From positions 1-57,628 of the forward strand of contig CBDVDH010000019.1 of assembly GCA_965372715.1 (NCBI GenBank): a stretch of DNA of 57,628 nt, read 5' to 3'. A model generated the notes under the pieces. The model worked only from the letters and a program-made list of their open reading frames with translations. It made no database searches and was not told where the DNA came from. Shown piece by piece: positions 9,571-19,208 of this stretch. Every line of letters starts with the position of its first letter. The first letter of the stretch is position 1. The stretch comes from an uncultured bacterium (GTDB lineage: Bacteria; B130-G9). A program made the translations under genes and the position numbers.

Positions 9571-10137
9571 CTATGAGATCACCTCGTTATCGGGCTCTAG
9601 CATTCGCTGATTCGCGGTAAGGACGGTAATCTCGTAGCCTTTGAAATCGCCGTCATGTGTGATCAGAGTCAGGTTCTGGGTCATGCATATCTCAGCTAAA
9701 ACCTGATCGTTGAAATCGCGGCGGTTCTCCTCGAAGTCGCTAAGCAGGGCTTCCATGTCAATTGACTCGAGGCCTGAGTCCAGACGGCGACAAACTTTCA
9801 GAATCCCCCGCACGGCATCGGCTATATCCCTGGCAACAGCAGGATAATTGGTGCTGCTTCTGAAATCCTTCTGCGTGGCCTTAACACCGGGTCGCTTCCA
9901 TCCCTGGAACTTGATCTGTATATATCTATTGATGAACTCGGAAAGAACGACAACATCAACGAAGACCTCGCACTGGGCGCGCCTGATCTTCTTTAGTGCA
10001 GCTGAGTATTTGCGCGATTTGCCATCTTGCTTGACTTGCGGGCCATTAAGGTAGAGCCAAACGTTCGTGTCGATGAGAAGACGGTGTCGCTTCTTCAAAT
10101 CGAACCACTCGATCGGACGGACCTTAGCTATCCCCAT
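9571..10137 (-). CDS. PIN-domain ribonuclease
   Basis: LLIDTNVW, VVLSEFINR, DFND and LITHDGDF acidic motifs; GGAGG RBS before ATG 10137. Confidence 0.88.
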   Translation of the reverse strand: MGIAKVRPIEWFDLKKRHRLLIDTNVWLYLNGPQVKQDGKSRKYSAALKKIRRAQCEVFVDVVVLSEFINRYIQIKFQGWKRPGVKATQKDFRSSTNYPAVARDIADAVRGILKVCRRLDSGLESIDMEALLSDFEENRRDFNDQVLAEICMTQNLTLITHDGDFKGYEITVLTANQRMLEPDNEVIS

Positions 10138-10489
10138 CGTCTTCCTCCAAGACACTTCTTCTGGCCCTTTCGGCTCGCTCCGGGTCTTTGAAATAGGCCT
10201 TCGCGTCCTCAACTACTCTTTTGAGTGTAGGCAGATCCTCCTGGCTCATGTCTGATACGGCCAGGTGGGCGCGTACGAAACTCTCGTCATACCGTCCATA
10301 AAGCTGACCAATCGCCGGGTGTAAGAAGGCAGATATCACGTAGTCTATATTCTTAAAAGAAAGATTCACGCGACGTCCTTCTTTGAAAGCCCTCACCATC
10401 AGTTCATACACTCTCTGACCATCTTCGGAAGATATGCAATCCCCGCTGCCAACGATCTCGAATACTCTAACTGTTATCTGATCATTCAT
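10124..10489 (-). CDS. STAS-like domain protein (DUF4325 type)
   Basis: CISSEDGQRVY...VNLSFKNIDYVISAFLHPAIGQLY. Confidence 0.85.
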   Translation of the reverse strand: MNDQITVRVFEIVGSGDCISSEDGQRVYELMVRAFKEGRRVNLSFKNIDYVISAFLHPAIGQLYGRYDESFVRAHLAVSDMSQEDLPTLKRVVEDAKAYFKDPERAERARRSVLEEDDGDS

Positions 10490-10508
10490 GCCAAGCCCTT
10501 AAACGCTA

Positions 10509-11378
10509 TTAGAAGACATCTTCTGGGTCTATCTCCGAAGCCAGACAGTAAGAATCGGTGTCCGCCGTGTTGAACTCGAGATTGACCACAGTTCCCGGAA
10601 ATGGATCGACCATCCTTTTTAAGACTTCTTTTCCTTCTCTGAATTCCCAATAGCCCCTGTCCGAAATAATCTGCATCCTGCCCACGTTCATAGATATGAA
10701 TTCACGCAGGATTTTCAATCCTGAACCTCCTGGCACGCGCCCTGTTTTTGTCGTGTTTCGCTCGGAGATCGCCCATTGAATGGCTTGTTCTGCTGGCAGA
10801 TCGATCTTCCTTGTCTCCAGGATGTTCTGGCGGATGCCCATGCCAAGATCCGCGATAGAGAAATCAAGACGGTCCTTCTTAGGGAAATACTGGCCGCACG
10901 AGAAGATGCCCAGTTCGGTTCTCGAATGGCTTACGGCATTGCTGAATATCTCGAGAATCGACTCGAGCAGCTTTTTACGGAGTCCTCTAGTCATTTGAGG
11001 CATACCTTTGCCCCTCAAATGCGTATTGACGTAGGATGCCGAGTAGCGGCCGTCCTGACGCTCAAACCGTTTGTATGGTATCGTGGTTCGATACGTATCA
11101 AGCATGATTGGATACCCGTAATTCGCCAGAAACCCGTTCTTGCACAGTATCGTTTGAATGTTAGATCGAATGTTGGCAATTGACACCGTATTGACCGCCT
11201 GGCTAGTCCTATAAAGGATTGCGCCAAAAGGAGCGCACATATTTGCATCAAACCAGCCAACGTGGCTCATATCAATGTCAACTTTCTCAAGAAGATATCC
11301 CTCTAGCCGGTGGGCGAGTCGAGAGAGCAAGGAAAAGCCCTCGTAGCTGCTTTTGATATCCGTAAGATTCAGTTTCAC
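10509..11378 (-). CDS. HATPase_c (anti-sigma-factor kinase-like) protein with N-terminal STAS-like region
   Basis: N box EIFSNAVSHS, G1 IADLGMGI, G2 GGSGL, G3 FPGT; no H-box. Confidence 0.85.
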   Translation of the reverse strand: MKLNLTDIKSSYEGFSLLSRLAHRLEGYLLEKVDIDMSHVGWFDANMCAPFGAILYRTSQAVNTVSIANIRSNIQTILCKNGFLANYGYPIMLDTYRTTIPYKRFERQDGRYSASYVNTHLRGKGMPQMTRGLRKKLLESILEIFSNAVSHSRTELGIFSCGQYFPKKDRLDFSIADLGMGIRQNILETRKIDLPAEQAIQWAISERNTTKTGRVPGGSGLKILREFISMNVGRMQIISDRGYWEFREGKEVLKRMVDPFPGTVVNLEFNTADTDSYCLASEIDPEDVF

Positions 11379-11621
11379 GTTCTCACCTGAGGACGCCGGT
11401 CACCAAGCCACTGCGCACGAGTAGCATTCGACGCTCGCGTATACGCGCTGAATTGACAGCTCCCAATGTCAGACCCCATTGCCTTCTTGTCGCAAATCGT
11501 AACCCCTGGCATTAGCACTAGTCAACCCGCCGGGTGACAACGGAACAGGACGTGCCCGCTCTGCTTTCTTCCATGAGCGAGCTCCATGTCGCTTTGCCGG
11601 AGGCGGGGCCGACCATTCGCC

Positions 11622-13046
11622 TCAATGCTCGGTGTATAGCTTGCGCATCTGGAAGCCGAGCCAGGCCGTGAACCACAGCGGCATTCGATACGCCTTCGCT
11701 GTGTTGAGAAGATACGTCAAGCGGAAGACCGCCTCAAAGAGCGGGTTCTTGGGCAGCCTCACGAGGCGCCTGATGAGCGACGTGGGGATGCGCCACCTCA
11801 CGGCCGCGTAGAAGAGCTTTTGCAGGTTCTCGATCTCCTTTTTCTCCGGCAGATCGAACACGCTGCCCTTGAAGAACGAGGCGCTCATATTGGTAGGGTC
11901 GAATTCGGGCCCCACGAAGCCGTGCTCCACCACATATTCCCCGAGCTGCGTCCTCGGATATGGCTGCACGATGGAGGCCCATGGGCAATCGACCTCGATC
12001 TTAGCGTTGAGCGCCACGGTCTGAAGCGCCGTGTCGAGCGTCTCGCCGGGCAGACAGAGCATGTTGTAGGTCCTGAACAGTATCTTGTGCTTCTTCAGGA
12101 TTGACGCCGCGTTCTCGATCTGCTCACGGGTGATCGTCTTGCCAAGAACCTCTTCTCGTAGAAAATCGTTGCCGCTCTCGACTCCGAGCGAGACGAGGTG
12201 ACAGCCGCCGGCCTTGATCGCCTCGGCCAGCTCGTCATCCAGTAGGTCTGCGCGGATTTGGCACAAGAATGGCAGGCCAATGCGCTTGCGATAGAGCTCG
12301 CAGAATTGATGAACCCAATTTCGATTCAACAGGAACGAATCGTCCGCGAAATAGGGCGTCTTGAGCCACTTCCAGTCCGCCTTGACCTTCGCAATCTCCT
12401 CCACGACGTTCTCCGGGCTTCGGTGCCGAACGTAGCGCCCCTTGCCCTCATACATCTTCTTGAGGCTGTGGTTGAAGCAGAATGAGCAGTCAAACGGGCA
12501 GCCGCGGCTCGCGATAAACAGCTTGCTCGGGTATATGCGGACCGACTTATAGCGGTGATAGAACTCCCTGTCCGGGGAAGCGATGCTGTCGAGGTCTTGG
12601 TCCAACGGCCGAAGCGGATTCTGCTTGACCTCGCCGTCGGTCTTGACCCAGAGGTTCTCGATTCCGCTGAAATCCGAGCCAGCCTCGACAGAGTTCGCCA
12701 GCTCCACGATCGCGCCCTCGCCCTCGCCGCGACAGATTGCGTCGAGGCCGTCCTCTTGGACGATCTCCGGGAAATACGTCGGATGCGGCCCGCCCATCAC
12801 CATCAACGCGTTCGGAAACGCCTCCTTGAGTCGTTTGATCTCCTTGAGCGCAATTAGATGCGTCCCGGTCGTGCATGAGAAGGCGAAGATATTGGGCGGA
12901 CTGGCGCACAGCCGCCTCAGATAGCCCGGCTCCTCGGGCGCGATAACCATCTCTGCCTCATGCCCGTGTCTCTTGAGCTCGGCGCAGAGTATCATCGGGC
13001 CGAGGTTGTCGATCATCGTGAACTGGACAAACGCGACCTTGGCCAT
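11622..13046 (-). CDS. B12-binding radical SAM protein
   Basis: VMGGPHPT, GEGE; SRGCPFDCSFC (CxxxCxxC); GVESG. Confidence 0.92.
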   Translation of the reverse strand: MAKVAFVQFTMIDNLGPMILCAELKRHGHEAEMVIAPEEPGYLRRLCASPPNIFAFSCTTGTHLIALKEIKRLKEAFPNALMVMGGPHPTYFPEIVQEDGLDAICRGEGEGAIVELANSVEAGSDFSGIENLWVKTDGEVKQNPLRPLDQDLDSIASPDREFYHRYKSVRIYPSKLFIASRGCPFDCSFCFNHSLKKMYEGKGRYVRHRSPENVVEEIAKVKADWKWLKTPYFADDSFLLNRNWVHQFCELYRKRIGLPFLCQIRADLLDDELAEAIKAGGCHLVSLGVESGNDFLREEVLGKTITREQIENAASILKKHKILFRTYNMLCLPGETLDTALQTVALNAKIEVDCPWASIVQPYPRTQLGEYVVEHGFVGPEFDPTNMSASFFKGSVFDLPEKKEIENLQKLFYAAVRWRIPTSLIRRLVRLPKNPLFEAVFRLTYLLNTAKAYRMPLWFTAWLGFQMRKLYTEH

Positions 13047-13999
13047 TAGCCGAGCTGTTCGATGATCGCGGCGGCGAAGAGCGGAATGAGTATCTCAAAA
13101 TGCCCGGTGATAGCGTAGCCTGTGCCCCTGCCGGACGCGGTTGGGCGTCTGAGGACGTTCACAGTGGGGCGATAATGCTGGATGAAGTCGATGTTCACCG
13201 TCGTGAAACCCCTCGGGCACGCTCCGGTGTTCTGCGCGATTGCGAAGGCCTTGAGGAATACCTCTGGCAAAAGGACGGTCGAGCCAACGTGGAAGAGCAC
13301 CCCGCCCGTGAGCTCGGACACGACCGACGTAAACAGCCTGAAATCGAGAAATGACGCCTTGCCAATAGCCGCCCCGTCCGCCGATGGATGCATGTGGATG
13401 ATGTCCGTGCCGATGGCAACGTGAACAGTCGCCGGCACGCCTGCCTCGGCACACGTCGCGAGTATGCTCAGGTCCGCGTAGGGCAGCCTGTGAGCAAGAA
13501 TCTGCTTCCCGACTGTGAGGCCCAGGCCTTGCTCCGAATTCGCGGCCGCAATCGCGGCGTTGTTCAGGAAATCCGCCGTCTCCTTCGCCATGCCAAACTC
13601 GCCCGTGTCGAGCTGCGACGCGACATCCTCGGACGTCTTGCCCACCGCAGCCAGCTCAAAATCGTGGATAATCCCCGCGCCGTTCAGCGCAATTGCCGTG
13701 ATTACGTCCCGGCGGATAAGATCGCAGATCACCGGCGACACGCCGCACTTGATCGAATGCGCGCCCATCGCCCAGACGAAATGCCGTCCGTTCGACCTCG
13801 CCTCGACTATCGCCTCGACGACGCTCCTGAAATCCTCACCTGCGAGCACGTCCGGCAGCGACGCCAGGAAGTCGGCAAACGAGGCGCCTTTTGTGTGGGT
13901 CTTCGCCATCGTCGCAAGTTCGACCTTGCTCGCACGGTCCGAAAGACTCGTCGGCCGAATCCTGGCCAGGTCGAACGGCTCGATGGGTCTCTTAGCCAT
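13046..13999 (-). CDS. Deoxyhypusine-synthase-like fold conserved protein
   Basis: MGAHSIKCG, NGAGIIHDFELA, TVHVAIGTDIIHMHP, GSTVLLPEVFLKA, GHFEILIP. Confidence 0.65.
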   Translation of the reverse strand: MAKRPIEPFDLARIRPTSLSDRASKVELATMAKTHTKGASFADFLASLPDVLAGEDFRSVVEAIVEARSNGRHFVWAMGAHSIKCGVSPVICDLIRRDVITAIALNGAGIIHDFELAAVGKTSEDVASQLDTGEFGMAKETADFLNNAAIAAANSEQGLGLTVGKQILAHRLPYADLSILATCAEAGVPATVHVAIGTDIIHMHPSADGAAIGKASFLDFRLFTSVVSELTGGVLFHVGSTVLLPEVFLKAFAIAQNTGACPRGFTTVNIDFIQHYRPTVNVLRRPTASGRGTGYAITGHFEILIPLFAAAIIEQLG

Positions 14000-14591
14000 T
14001 GTGTTCACCAAACATGATCATCTCGACGAGCTCGCAAATCGTGTGAGCGAGGACGATATGCACTTCCTGAATCCGAGCCGAGTAGTGATGAGGCACTGTG
14101 AAGAGAAAATCGACCACCGCGTCTTTGCCGCCCTCGCCCGTCGAGAATATCGTCAGCATATTCTTGCTCCTGGCCACTGAAAACGCCCTCAGAACACTCT
14201 CCGACGTGCCGCTCGTCGAGATGCCCCACGCCACGTCACCTTCGTTTCCCAGCCCCTCGATCTGCCTCGAGAAGACCTCGGCGAACGAGCGGTCGTTGGC
14301 AATCGACGTCAGAACTGACGTGTCCGTCGTCAACGCAATCGCTGGCAGAGCGGGACGCTCAATCGACAGGCGATTGACGAACTCGGCCGCGATGTGCTGC
14401 GCGTCGGCCGCAGAGCCCCCGTTGCCAAAGAGCAGAAGCTTCCCGCCCGCCTCAAAGCAGTCCGCCAGACTCTGCGCGGCTTCCGCGACCGCGTCGGCGC
14501 ACGCATCCATGAACGCCCGCACAAGATGAGCGGATTCCTCCGACTTCTCCTTCGCAAGTCTCCCAAGAACATCCCGACCGACGGACTTCAT
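13992..14591 (-). CDS. gmhA: D-sedoheptulose 7-phosphate isomerase
   Basis: GNGGSAADAQHIAAEF, ISTSG, ARIQEVH. Confidence 0.95.
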   Translation of the reverse strand: MKSVGRDVLGRLAKEKSEESAHLVRAFMDACADAVAEAAQSLADCFEAGGKLLLFGNGGSAADAQHIAAEFVNRLSIERPALPAIALTTDTSVLTSIANDRSFAEVFSRQIEGLGNEGDVAWGISTSGTSESVLRAFSVARSKNMLTIFSTGEGGKDAVVDFLFTVPHHYSARIQEVHIVLAHTICELVEMIMFGEHNG

Positions 14592-14611
14592 CTCATTCTC
14601 CTTGTGCTGCC

Positions 14612-14953
14612 TTACAGGAACACCACGCAGCCGGCCGCCTCATGCGCGCTTAGAACGAGGCAGGCTTCGAAGACTCTCGCCACCGTCTCCCCAATCGAGT
14701 ACTTCAGTTGGTGGTGATACAGGATGCCGGCATGTTTGCGTCCTTCACTGTGGAGCCGTAGGAAGTCGGCATCGCAAGTATAAAGCAATCGTCCCTCGTC
14801 AAGCGCCAAATCGAGAACCTCCGAGTCCGACGCAGAGCTCCGGCCTAACTCCTGAACGCTCACTACCTCCAGTCCCCTTCTGCGCAACCCCGTGATAACC
14901 GGATGGGGGATGTGCTCGTCGCACGGAACAGAAAGAAGCTTCGGCCTCTGCAA
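14612..14953 (-). CDS. DUF5615 (Mut7-C/PIN-like) toxin-type protein
   Basis: DEHIP...LRRRG...SDSEVL...LYTCDADF...HAGIL. Confidence 0.82.
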   Translation of the reverse strand: MQRPKLLSVPCDEHIPHPVITGLRRRGLEVVSVQELGRSSASDSEVLDLALDEGRLLYTCDADFLRLHSEGRKHAGILYHHQLKYSIGETVARVFEACLVLSAHEAAGCVVFL

Positions 14954-14957
14954 TGGA

Positions 14958-15251
14958 TCAATCCCGCAGATTCAGACGGCCTTTGACGGATTCGGCAAAT
15001 TCCTCGTCGCGTCGGATGGCCTCGAGTATCTCATCACGGTGTTCGTAGTAGTAAGCGATTGCGGAATGAACAGCTGCAAGCGTCAGTCCAGGGTGCAAAT
15101 CGCAAATCCTGTCAGGGCTCAAGCCCTGTCGCTCGTATTCCGCCATGATATGTCGGACTTTGATTCGAGTGCCGGCTATGCGCGGCTCTCCTCCACAGAT
15201 GCCCTCATCCATAGCGATATGACGATCAATTCCTAGAGCTTCGGCAGACAT
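14958..15251 (-). CDS. DUF433 antitoxin-type protein
   Basis: ICGGEPRIAGTRIKV...HPGLTLAAVHSAIAYY. Confidence 0.88.
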   Translation of the reverse strand: MSAEALGIDRHIAMDEGICGGEPRIAGTRIKVRHIMAEYERQGLSPDRICDLHPGLTLAAVHSAIAYYYEHRDEILEAIRRDEEFAESVKGRLNLRD

Positions 15252-15459
15252 GGTTCGTAAGCCTTTATTCTTGAAATCCCAAGAAATCCTGTAGCCTCAT
15301 AAACGATAGGATGCTTGGGCATGAACTTCAACTGTTCAGTGGCATTTTTTGGTGGCGGATGATTCTTGGCATCTCGACCTCGTCCAAATGGCAACACATT
15401 GCTTCTGAAACCGCGCGCCCTTCCTGCTTCAGACCAAAGTGAGTGAAAGCCGTGCCAGG

Positions 15460-16578
15460 TCACCGCACTCCAAACACGCTCATCTTCTCGAGAATGAACT
15501 CCGATATCCGGCGCTTGAAAATCGCGACGTCGAACCTCTCGGCAGACCTCGTCAACACACTGGCGTCGAATTGGATACTATCCGCCCGATGAATCGCGTC
15601 AATGAGGGCTTCCGGCGTCTGTTCGTGGAACAAGACGCCTGTCTCGCCATCTTGGATCGTCTCCAGGACGCCGCCCTGACCATACGCTATGACCGGCCGG
15701 CCCGACGCAAGGCTCTCCAGCGGGACGATGCCGAAGTCCTCGACGCCCGGGAAAATGAGCGCCTTACAACGCGAAAGATGCATCGCGACCTCCTCGTCAG
15801 GGAGGGGACCCAAGAACTCAACGGTTCGAGGCGCGATAGCCTTGAGGCGCTTTTCCTCCTGACCTTTGCCAATTATCTTCAGTTTAGCGTCAAGTCCCCT
15901 GAACGCCTCAACCGCTATATCCAGTCGCTTGTAAGGAGCGAAGGCGGAGACGATCAGGAAGTAGTCCTGGACGCTGTCGGGATCGACTTTGAACCTCGAA
16001 GTATCGACCGGAGGGTAGATGACTTCCGACTCGCGACCATAATACTGTTCTATCCTCTTGGCGACGAAGTTCGATATTGCGACGAAATGATGGACTCTGT
16101 CCGTGGTCTTTACGTCCCAGACTCGGAGCCTTTCAAGAATAGGTCTGACGAGCAGTTTGTTCAAAGGGCGCTCGGGCGGGAAATACGTGTCGAGTTGGTC
16201 CCAAGCATATCTCATGGGGGTCAGGCATATACAGATCGAGAGCGCGCCCTTGGGCGCGATCGCGCCCTTTGCTACGCAGTGGCTCACACTGATGACAAGG
16301 TCGAAGCCAGAGAGATCGAGCGACTCGATGGCTCGCGGGAAAAGCGGCAGATAGAGCCTGTAATGCTTTCGGACAGAGGGCAGACGCTGCACGAAGCTAG
16401 TGCGAATCGGGTTCTTTTGAATTCGCTCAGAGACGCTGCCGGGCATGTGCAGGAGGGTGAAGATGGTCGCTGACGGGAACAGCTCACACAGCGCCTCAAG
16501 TATCCGCTCGCCGCCTCTGGTACCGGTCAGCCAGTCGTGAACGATGGCAACGTTCTGAGTTCCGAGTTCCAAGGTCAA
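15460..16578 (-). CDS. Glycosyltransferase family 4
   Basis: VAIVHDWLTGTRGGER; EDFGIVPLESLASGRPVIA. Confidence 0.92.
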   Translation of the reverse strand: MTLELGTQNVAIVHDWLTGTRGGERILEALCELFPSATIFTLLHMPGSVSERIQKNPIRTSFVQRLPSVRKHYRLYLPLFPRAIESLDLSGFDLVISVSHCVAKGAIAPKGALSICICLTPMRYAWDQLDTYFPPERPLNKLLVRPILERLRVWDVKTTDRVHHFVAISNFVAKRIEQYYGRESEVIYPPVDTSRFKVDPDSVQDYFLIVSAFAPYKRLDIAVEAFRGLDAKLKIIGKGQEEKRLKAIAPRTVEFLGPLPDEEVAMHLSRCKALIFPGVEDFGIVPLESLASGRPVIAYGQGGVLETIQDGETGVLFHEQTPEALIDAIHRADSIQFDASVLTRSAERFDVAIFKRRISEFILEKMSVFGVR

Positions 16579-16596
16579 GGCTGGAGCCCGTGGGAG

Positions 16597-17241
16597 CTAT
16601 TGCTTGTTTCGGCGTGGCAGGATGACGACGTTGCGACCCTCGACTTCGAGCCGCCTCTCAGCGAAGAGCTTTATCGCCGTTGGATAGAGCCTGTGCTCGA
16701 CCTGCTGGACGCGAGACCGCAGGCTGTCAACTGTATCGCCGTGGCGCACCTCCACAGGCTCCTGAAGAATCACAGGCCCGTGATCGTACTCTTCGTCAAC
16801 AAAGTGGACTGTAACGCCGGTGAACCTGACCCCGTAATCCAGCACGGCCTTGTGCACACGGTCGCCGTAGTAGCCTTTGCCGCAGAAGGCGGGAATTAGC
16901 GCCGGATGGATATTGATCGCTGGGATACTACGTCTCTTGTCCAACTTTATCAGATGGCTGTATCCCGCCAAGACAACCAGGTCGATGTCGTATTTCTCAA
17001 GCCGCGCGTTGACCCCATCGGCGAAAGCCTCCACATCCTTGAACTCCTTGCGATTGACGACCTCAACGGGAATGCCTGCCTTTTGTGCTCGTGTAATCCC
17101 GTATGCGTCCGGCTTGCTGGACAGCACAACCGCGATTCTGGCCGGCAGCTCGCCCGCCGCTATTCTGTCGATTAAGTTCTGAAGCGTTGTCCCAGTTCCG
17201 GACACCAACACCGCAAGCGAAGCAGGTTTTACGCTCCTCAT
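16597..17241 (-). CDS. purN: Phosphoribosylglycinamide formyltransferase
   Basis: VLVSGTGTTLQ; INIHPALIP; GVTVHFVDEEYDHGPVI. Confidence 0.95.
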   Translation of the reverse strand: MRSVKPASLAVLVSGTGTTLQNLIDRIAAGELPARIAVVLSSKPDAYGITRAQKAGIPVEVVNRKEFKDVEAFADGVNARLEKYDIDLVVLAGYSHLIKLDKRRSIPAINIHPALIPAFCGKGYYGDRVHKAVLDYGVRFTGVTVHFVDEEYDHGPVILQEPVEVRHGDTVDSLRSRVQQVEHRLYPTAIKLFAERRLEVEGRNVVILPRRNKQ

Positions 17242-17294
17242 TGCGCTTTAACCTCCGCCAAAGGCGAGATTGCGCCCCAAGGCGAACTTGACAT

Positions 17295-19208
17295 CTATCT
17301 GATCACCGAACCTATCGGAACGTCCTTGTCTATGGTCAAGAGTGAAACCATCTCTTTGGAATCAGCAGCCAGAACCATGCCCTGCGACTCGACGCCGAAT
17401 ATCTTGGCCGGCGCGAGATTCGCCGCGAAAGCGACCTTCTTGCCGACCATCTCATCAGGCCCGTAGAACTCCCTCATGCCGGCCACGGCGGTCCGAATCT
17501 CGTGGCCAATGTCAACTTCGAGCTTCAGAAGCTTCTTGGAGCCTTCAACAGCCTCTGCGCTCTTGATCTGGCCGACAACTAGCTGAACCTTTGCGAAATC
17601 ATCGATCGTTATCGTCTGTTTAGTCATTGTCTCCTCCTTCTTGCGTTCATCGTCTGAGGCCGCTCTGCGCTCGGGCTCCGACTTTGGCAGCTTCCTCTTC
17701 ACGAAAACCGGCGAGACATCGCCTAACTTGCTCCCCGCCAGAAGGCCTCCCCATCTCGCCTGCTCAGGTAGCTCATTTCCCGGCTCCGCAAGAACGCCGA
17801 ACTGGCTGAGCATCTTGCCGGCCGCGGACGGGATGAACGGCTGGAGCATGCGCAGAATGATGCGCCCCGCCTCGAGCACACCATACAACACGGCCCCGAG
17901 CTTTTCAATCTCTCCCTGCTTGTAAAGAGCCCAAGGCTTCTCGCGGTCGATGAAGACATTTGCGAAAGAGATGAGTCGCCACACAGATTCAAGCGCCGCT
18001 CGGAAGTCCAGCTCGTCCATGTATCGACAGTAGGCCCTGAAAGTTGATTCACACGTCTCGGGCAGAGTATCGTCTAAAGCAGCGCCGCCGGCCGGTATCC
18101 GCGAGTCAAAATACTTCTTGCACATCGACAGCGTCCGGTGAATCAAGTTGCTCAGATCATTCGCCAGGTCGCTGTTGTACCGCCCGATCAGGTTCTCCTC
18201 GGTGAAATTGCCGTCCTGCCCAAACTGAATGTCCCGCATCAGGAAGTAGCGCACCGGGTCCGAGCCGTATTCGTTGGCAAGATAGAACGGATCGACCACG
18301 TTGCCGGCGCTTTTTGACATCTTCTGGCCCGACACGCGAAGCCAACCGTGGTTGTAAAGCGACCTCGGCAGCGGCACATTCGCCGACATCAACATCGCGG
18401 GCCAATAGACACAGTGAAACTTCAGGATGTCCTTGCCCAGAAGGTGAAGGTCGCAAGGCCAGTATCGCGCAAACAACTCGTCGTCCGTCCCCAAGCCAAC
18501 GCCCGTCAGGTAGTTGATCAGAGCGTCTATCCAAACGTAAATCGTGTAACCTTCCGCCCCCGGAATCTGGATGCCCCATTTGAGCGCGGACCGGCTGATG
18601 CAGAGGTCCCTAAGGCCCTGCTCAACGAAGCGCCTCGCCTCATTCATCCTGAAATCAGGCCTGATGAATTCCGGATGTGCGTCGTAGTGCTCAAGCAGTG
18701 GCTTCTCGTATTTGGACAGCGCGAAAAAGAACGCTCGCTCGCGCGATTTCTCCACTGGCCTGCCGCAGTCGGGGCACTTGCCATCTTTAACCTGCAAGTC
18801 GGTCAAGAAATTCTCCTCAAACCTGCAATACCAGCCCTCGTATTCGCCCTCATAGACGTCGCCGCCGGCCATCATTCGCTCGAAGAGCCTCAAAACGCCT
18901 TTTTCGTGCCTCGGCTCGGTGGTCCGGATGAAATCATCGTTTGAAATGTCAAATTCGGTGAGGAGCCTCTGCCAGACCTGTGCCATCTCATCTACATATT
19001 GCTGAGGATCAATGCCCTTTTCGACTGCCGCCGACTGGACCTTCTGCCCGTGCTCGTCCATGCCAGTCAGAAACATCACGTCGAAACCCATCGCACGCTT
19101 GTAGCGAGAAATCACGTCCGCAACAATAGTCGTGTATGCGTTGCCGATGTGCGGCACGCTGTTCGCATAATAGATCGGGGTCGTAACGTAAAATGTGCTT
19201 TTTGACAT
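17295..19208 (-). CDS. metG: Methionine--tRNA ligase with C-terminal tRNA-binding domain
   Basis: FYVTTPIYY, PHIGN, KMSKS; C-terminal OB fold ITIDDF...ESQGM. Confidence 0.97.
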   Translation of the reverse strand: MSKSTFYVTTPIYYANSVPHIGNAYTTIVADVISRYKRAMGFDVMFLTGMDEHGQKVQSAAVEKGIDPQQYVDEMAQVWQRLLTEFDISNDDFIRTTEPRHEKGVLRLFERMMAGGDVYEGEYEGWYCRFEENFLTDLQVKDGKCPDCGRPVEKSRERAFFFALSKYEKPLLEHYDAHPEFIRPDFRMNEARRFVEQGLRDLCISRSALKWGIQIPGAEGYTIYVWIDALINYLTGVGLGTDDELFARYWPCDLHLLGKDILKFHCVYWPAMLMSANVPLPRSLYNHGWLRVSGQKMSKSAGNVVDPFYLANEYGSDPVRYFLMRDIQFGQDGNFTEENLIGRYNSDLANDLSNLIHRTLSMCKKYFDSRIPAGGAALDDTLPETCESTFRAYCRYMDELDFRAALESVWRLISFANVFIDREKPWALYKQGEIEKLGAVLYGVLEAGRIILRMLQPFIPSAAGKMLSQFGVLAEPGNELPEQARWGGLLAGSKLGDVSPVFVKRKLPKSEPERRAASDDERKKEETMTKQTITIDDFAKVQLVVGQIKSAEAVEGSKKLLKLEVDIGHEIRTAVAGMREFYGPDEMVGKKVAFAANLAPAKIFGVESQGMVLAADSKEMVSLLTIDKDVPIGSVIR

